49,954 nucleotides of DNA from Bacilli bacterium (GTDB taxonomy: Bacteria; Bacillota_I; Bacilli_A; RF39; UBA660). The notes under the pieces are model-generated. The model was not told the DNA's origin. It did no database searches and was given only the letters and a program-made list of their open reading frames with translations. Position numbers and translations under genes: made by a program. The number at the start of each line of letters is the position of its first letter. Positions within the stretch are counted from its first letter, which is position 1. The stretch spans positions 1-49,954 of the forward strand of contig JAQUGJ010000001.1 in assembly GCA_028684255.1 (NCBI GenBank), given 5' to 3'. This document shows, one piece after another, positions 45,433 to 49,954 of this stretch.

Positions 45433-45966
45433 CTAAATCTCATATTCATAAAAACCACAATTTTCAATATAAACTCCTCCAAAATTACCATCTTCAGGAA
45501 TTCCATTAAAATAATAATAAAGTACTTTTATTATTCCACTATGTGTTACAATTGCTATTTTTTTATTATCATATTTTTCTTTTAACTCAAGCAAAAAATC
45601 TCTTGACCTATTATATAAATCTTGAATATTTTCTGCTTTTTCATATTTTTTATTTAAATAATAATTCCAATATTCCTCTAAATTCACCTTATGTTTCGAT
45701 AAACCTGTAAATTCACCATGATCTCTACCAATTAATTTTTGATTATAAACTATTGGAATTTTATTGTCACTTAAAATTTCTGATGTTTTTTTACATCTTT
45801 CAAGTGGAGAACTGATTATTAAGTCAATACTTTTATCTTTCAACTTTTCTCTTAAATCTATACATTGTTTTATTCCCTCATCATTTAAACCATTATTTAT
45901 TCTTCCTTGTAGTTGATTACCTGCATTGACTTCTGTTTTGCCATGTCTAATAAGATATATTTTCAT
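45433..45966 (-). CDS. histidine phosphatase (phosphoglycerate mutase) family protein
   Basis: LIRHGKTEVN catalytic RHG motif and downstream THSG. Confidence 0.8.
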   Translation of the reverse strand: MKIYLIRHGKTEVNAGNQLQGRINNGLNDEGIKQCIDLREKLKDKSIDLIISSPLERCKKTSEILSDNKIPIVYNQKLIGRDHGEFTGLSKHKVNLEEYWNYYLNKKYEKAENIQDLYNRSRDFLLELKEKYDNKKIAIVTHSGIIKVLYYYFNGIPEDGNFGGVYIENCGFYEYEI

Positions 45967-47444
45967 TAATTCTTATTTTTCATATGAGGGAATAATATAA
46001 CTTCACGAATGCTCTCACTATTAGTAATCATCATTACTAATCGGTCAATTCCCATTCCCATACCACCTGCTGGAGGCATACCGTATTCTAAAGCTTCAAC
46101 AAAATCAATATCCATTTCATTAGCTTCTTCATTTCCTAGTTCTTTTTCTTTAATTTGATTTTCAAATCTTTCATATTGATCAATTGGATCATTTAATTCA
46201 GTAAATGCATTAGCGTATTCACTACCTACTATAAACAATTCGAATCTTTCTGTAAATCTTGGATCTTTACTCTTTCTTGCTAAAGGACTTATTTCAACCG
46301 GATGACCATATACAAAAGTAGGATCAATAATTGTCTCTTCTACATATTTTTCATAGAAAGCATTAACAATATGTCCGTATAAAAAATGTTCTTCAACATG
46401 GATATCATGTTCGTTTGCTAATTTTTTAGCATCTTCAAAAGACATGTTATCAAAGAAATTTATTCCAGTTTTTTCCTTAATACCATCTACCATATGAAGT
46501 CGTTTAAACTTTGGTTTTAAGCTTATATCATAACCTTTCCACTTAATGTCATAGGTTCCTAAAACATCCATTGCTACTTGTCCAATTATGTTTTCAGTTA
46601 AATCCATCATACCTTCTAAATCACTATATGCCTTATATACTTCAATTGTAGTAAATTCTGGATTATGATTTCTATCCATTCCTTCATTCCTAAATAATCT
46701 GCCTATTTCATATACAGCATCCATTCCACCAACTAAAAGTCTTTTTAAAGGTAATTCGGTTGCTATTCTTAAGTAAAATTCCATATCTAAAGCATTATGA
46801 TGCGTTACGAAAGGTCTTGCTGCAGCCCCTCCTAAAATAGACCCTAGTACTGGAGTTTCAACTTCAACATATCCTAAATTATCTAAATAATGTTGAATAG
46901 AACGAATTATTTTTGGTCTTGCAAAAGCAACTTTTCTTGCTTCTTCATTCACAATTAAATCAACATATCTTCTTCTAAATCTTTCTTCAACATCTGATAA
47001 TCCATGAAATTTTTCAGGAAGTGGCTTTAAAGCCTTTACTAAATGGATATATTTGTTAGCATGAACACTTAATTCACCAGTATTTGTCTTAAATACATAT
47101 CCTTCGATTGCTATAATATCTCCCAAATCAGAATCCTTAAATATTTCATAATTTTCTTCGCCTATATTATCTTTACGAACATAAACTTGAATTTGACCAA
47201 ATTTATCTTGAATATGCATAAATCCAGTCTTTCCACTACGACGTTTAGTCATAATACGACCTGCAATTAAAACATTATCTTTTATTTCTTCTAATTCTTC
47301 TTTACTTTTTTCTAAATGTTTTTCCTTTATTTGTTTTGAATCACTTGTCAAATCAATACGATTTCCAAAAGGATCAACTCCTAAACTTCTTAACTTTTCT
47401 ACTTTTTCTCTTCTTACTAATTCTTGTTCTGTAAATTCTCTCAT
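45966..47444 (-). CDS. lysS: lysine--tRNA ligase, class II
   Basis: OB-fold N-domain, motif 2 [18 protein letters not shown], motif 3 GMGIDRLVM. Confidence 0.95.
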   Translation of the reverse strand: MREFTEQELVRREKVEKLRSLGVDPFGNRIDLTSDSKQIKEKHLEKSKEELEEIKDNVLIAGRIMTKRRSGKTGFMHIQDKFGQIQVYVRKDNIGEENYEIFKDSDLGDIIAIEGYVFKTNTGELSVHANKYIHLVKALKPLPEKFHGLSDVEERFRRRYVDLIVNEEARKVAFARPKIIRSIQHYLDNLGYVEVETPVLGSILGGAAARPFVTHHNALDMEFYLRIATELPLKRLLVGGMDAVYEIGRLFRNEGMDRNHNPEFTTIEVYKAYSDLEGMMDLTENIIGQVAMDVLGTYDIKWKGYDISLKPKFKRLHMVDGIKEKTGINFFDNMSFEDAKKLANEHDIHVEEHFLYGHIVNAFYEKYVEETIIDPTFVYGHPVEISPLARKSKDPRFTERFELFIVGSEYANAFTELNDPIDQYERFENQIKEKELGNEEANEMDIDFVEALEYGMPPAGGMGMGIDRLVMMITNSESIREVILFPHMKNKN

Positions 47445-48028
47445 TCTTTCACCTCTATAATTTTAGTATTAGTCCAAATATCTTGAAGACCTCTACCATC
47501 TTTGCTTTTTAACATAAATGCAATTGTTACAATCAACAATATAAATTGTCCTAAACTTAGGAATATTGTTACTAAAAAATACGATGTACTTGGTAGTATA
47601 TATAACACTGATAAAGACAATAGCATTTGTAATAAACCATTAATAATAAAATTTCTGATAATAAGATCATTGATTGTAAGATCTTTATTAACTCCAACAA
47701 CTTTTATGCCACATTTCCGTTTTCCAATAGTTGCGCCATCATTATAAAATGGCAATATAACAAAATATAATAAAATAAATATAATATCGATAACTACATA
47801 AATAACATTTTCTTTTGATAATTGATAATTTATATCAATTGTTTGATTAATATATTTATCGACAGTTATTTCGTTTTTTATTACTTTTTCTTGTACTTCT
47901 TCTAATTCTTTTAGCAAATTTTCGTGATTACTACTTTTAGGAATTACTGCTTGTACTAACGAAACAATAATAGATAATATTACTATATCAATTATATACG
48001 CTATCGCTCTAGTTTTAAACTTTACCAT
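47441..48028 (-). CDS. RDD family membrane protein
   Basis: [15 protein letters not shown] start of an RDD domain, [14 protein letters not shown], three TM helices. Confidence 0.7.
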   Translation of the reverse strand: MVKFKTRAIAYIIDIVILSIIVSLVQAVIPKSSNHENLLKELEEVQEKVIKNEITVDKYINQTIDINYQLSKENVIYVVIDIIFILLYFVILPFYNDGATIGKRKCGIKVVGVNKDLTINDLIIRNFIINGLLQMLLSLSVLYILPSTSYFLVTIFLSLGQFILLIVTIAFMLKSKDGRGLQDIWTNTKIIEVKE

Positions 48029-48998
48029 TTTTCTCCTCCTTGTAATTATTTAATAAGTTAAGAATTTCTTCAACTTTTTTTGATTTAAATATTTCTTGTT
48101 TTAATTTATTAACATTAGGCATTCCTTTTAAATACCAAATGACATGACTTCTTATTTCAAGTATAGCTCTTTTTTCATCTTTTGTTGTCTCTAATTTTGA
48201 AATATGTTTTTTTATCATTTCAATTTTTTCTTCTATTGTAATTTTAGTTGGCAATATATCATGTTCTAAATAATCAATACACTCTTTTATTATCCAAGGA
48301 TTTCCTAATACTCCTCTTCCTATCATCACAGCATCACAACCAGTTTCATCGATCATTTTTTTAGCATCGAAACAAGTACGAATATCACCATTTCCAATAA
48401 CCGGAATATTAACATTTTCTTTTACTTTTTTTATTATATTCCAATCGGATTTACCTTCGTAACCTTGACTTTTTGTTCTAGGATGAATTGCAATAGCACT
48501 TGCGCCCGCTTTTTCACATATTTGCGCTATTTCAACTGCATTGATACTTTTACCATCCCAACCACTTCTAATTTTAACAGTAACTGGAATTTTAACTGTT
48601 TCTACAACAGATTTTACTATATCATACACCTTTTCTGGGCTTTTTAACAAGGCACTTCCAGCCTGTGAAGATATCGCTACTTTAGGAACAGGGCATCCCA
48701 TATTGATATCTATAATATCTGGTTTCATGTTTTCTTCAATATATTTTGCTGCTTTAACAAAAGAATCTTTATCACTTCCAAATATTTGTTGTGATATTGG
48801 TCTTTCTTCTTCAGTCATATAAAGCATATCCAGTGTTTTTTTAGATTCGTAACTAATTGCTTTATCACTTACCATTTCAGCATATATTAACCCACAGCCC
48901 ATTTCTTTTATAATGGTTCTAAAAGCATTATTACAAATACCGGCCATAGGTGCTAAAACAACACGATTTTTGATTAAAACATTTCCGATTGTAAACAT
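48015..48998 (-). CDS. dusB: tRNA dihydrouridine synthase B
   Basis: LAPMAGICN, INMGCPVPK and TVKIRSGW motifs. Confidence 0.9.
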   Translation of the reverse strand: MFTIGNVLIKNRVVLAPMAGICNNAFRTIIKEMGCGLIYAEMVSDKAISYESKKTLDMLYMTEEERPISQQIFGSDKDSFVKAAKYIEENMKPDIIDINMGCPVPKVAISSQAGSALLKSPEKVYDIVKSVVETVKIPVTVKIRSGWDGKSINAVEIAQICEKAGASAIAIHPRTKSQGYEGKSDWNIIKKVKENVNIPVIGNGDIRTCFDAKKMIDETGCDAVMIGRGVLGNPWIIKECIDYLEHDILPTKITIEEKIEMIKKHISKLETTKDEKRAILEIRSHVIWYLKGMPNVNKLKQEIFKSKKVEEILNLLNNYKEEKNGKV

Positions 48999-49017
48999 TA
49001 TATCCCTCTATCTAACA

Positions 49018-49026
49018 ATTATAACA
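49018..49026 (-). promoter_or_regulatory. putative extended -10 promoter (TGtTATAAT) for dusB
   Basis: Minus strand TTATGTTATAATTGTTAG lies ~20 nt upstream of the dusB ATG. Confidence 0.4.
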
Positions 49027-49050
49027 TAATAATAGGAATTTAGTTATGAA

Positions 49051-49080
49051 AATAAACAAAAAAAGTAGTAATTACTACTT
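49051..49080 (-). terminator. rho-independent terminator after serS
   Basis: Minus strand AAGTAGTAATTACTACTT palindrome immediately after the stop, followed by TTTTTGTTTATTTT. Confidence 0.6.
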
Positions 49081-49954
49081 TTATATTTTTTCAAGTCCAC
49101 CCATATATGGTCTTAAAACTAGAGGTATATTTATAGTTCCATCAGCATTGTAATTATTTTCGACAAATGCTATTAATCCTCTTGGACTTGCTAATACCGT
49201 ATTATTTAATGTATTCACATAATATGTGCCATCTTCACCTTTAGTTCTAATTCCTAATCTTCTTGCTTGGGCTTCTCCTAAAGTAGAACAACTTCCTACT
49301 TCATAATATTTCTTTTGTCTTGGACTCCAAGCTTCAACATCACAACTTTTAACTTTTAAATCTGCTAAATCACCACTACAACATTCAAGAGTTCTTAGAG
49401 GTATATCTAGATTTCTAAATAATTCAACAGTATAACTCCACATTTTATCATACCAGTCCATAGCATCTTCTTCTTTACATAAAACAACCATTTCTTGTTT
49501 TTCAAATTGGTGAACTCGATAAATTCCTCGTTCTTCTAATCCATGAGCACCAACTTCTTTTCTAAAACATGGAGAATACGATGTCAATGCAATTGGTAAT
49601 TCCTCTTCTTTAACAATTTGATCTTTATATTTACCAATCATAGAGTGTTCACTAGTACCAATTAGGTATAAGTCTTCACCTTCTATTTTATACATCATTG
49701 CTTCCATTTCTGTAAAACTCATTACACCAGTTACTACATCTCCTCTTATCATAAAAGGTGGTATACAATAAGTAAAACCTTTTTCAATCATAAAATCTCT
49801 AGCATAACTCAACATTGCTGAATGTAATCTCGCTACATTTCCCATCAAATAATAAAATCCATATCCAGATGTTCTTGCTGAACTATCTTTATCTAAACCA
49901 TTAATTTTTTCTAAGATATCAGCATGATGTGGTATTTCATATTCTGGTATAACT
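49081..49954 (-). CDS. serS: serine--tRNA ligase, C-terminal catalytic part; 5' end lies beyond the window end
   Basis: Class II core motifs: TSEHSM, CFRKEVGAHG..RGIYRVHQFEKQE, GSCS, and C-terminal IPLVLRPYMGG. The reading frame stays open to position 49954. Confidence 0.85.
   Translation of the reverse strand, partial: VIPEYEIPHHADILEKINGLDKDSSARTSGYGFYYLMGNVARLHSAMLSYARDFMIEKGFTYCIPPFMIRGDVVTGVMSFTEMEAMMYKIEGEDLYLIGTSEHSMIGKYKDQIVKEEELPIALTSYSPCFRKEVGAHGLEERGIYRVHQFEKQEMVVLCKEEDAMDWYDKMWSYTVELFRNLDIPLRTLECCSGDLADLKVKSCDVEAWSPRQKKYYEVGSCSTLGEAQARRLGIRTKGEDGTYYVNTLNNTVLASPRGLIAFVENNYNADGTINIPLVLRPYMGGLEKI

Noticed and set aside
1-49954. CRISPR arrays, IS elements or transposases, prophage genes, rRNA, riboswitch or T-box leaders.
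   Set aside because: No spaced direct-repeat array, no DDE- or recombinase-like ORF, and no long structured leader was noticed. Intergenic regions are short (mostly under 110 nt) and are explained by promoters, terminators and RBSs.

Overview
Low-GC (roughly 27-30% by eye) chromosome segment from a monoderm bacterium, Bacillota / Erysipelotrichia- or Acholeplasma-like. TGA is used as a stop (e.g. rpe, rlmN), so this is not genetic code 4. Every credible gene (about 50 CDS plus one tRNA-Leu) lies on the minus strand; the plus-strand ORFs in the track look like antisense shadows. The flanks are ordinary housekeeping. Left flank: nifJ(partial), the rlmN-prpC-prkC-rsgA-rpe operon, secG, an M16 peptidase pair, deoD, uvrA, rmuC. 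Right flank: scpAB, a BaiN-like flavoprotein, nrnA, ackA, lysS, dusB, serS(partial). The centre (16908..38373, ~21.5 kb, 21 co-directional tightly packed genes, immediately downstream of the 3' end of tRNA-Leu(CAA)) is the interesting part. It joins a Tad/type IVc-pilus-like module directly to a Gram-positive-type type IV secretion module. The Tad-like module has a CpaB-like protein, a CpaF/TadA ATPase, TadB/TadC-like platform proteins, a 76-aa cysteine-rich pilin, pseudopilin paralogs and a TadZ-like protein with a degenerate P-loop. The T4SS module has two VirB2-like proteins, a VirB6-like protein, a VirB3/PrgI-like protein, VirB4, a CHAP cell-wall hydrolase and a VirD4 coupling protein. I see no relaxase, integrase, replication or partition gene, no att-like repeat, and no prepilin peptidase. 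Every unassigned ORF in the cluster carries a signal peptide or TM segment, so the cluster looks like a machine-only, apparently domesticated pilus-plus-T4SS system of unknown substrate. All family assignments come from motifs read by eye and need HMM or structure confirmation.
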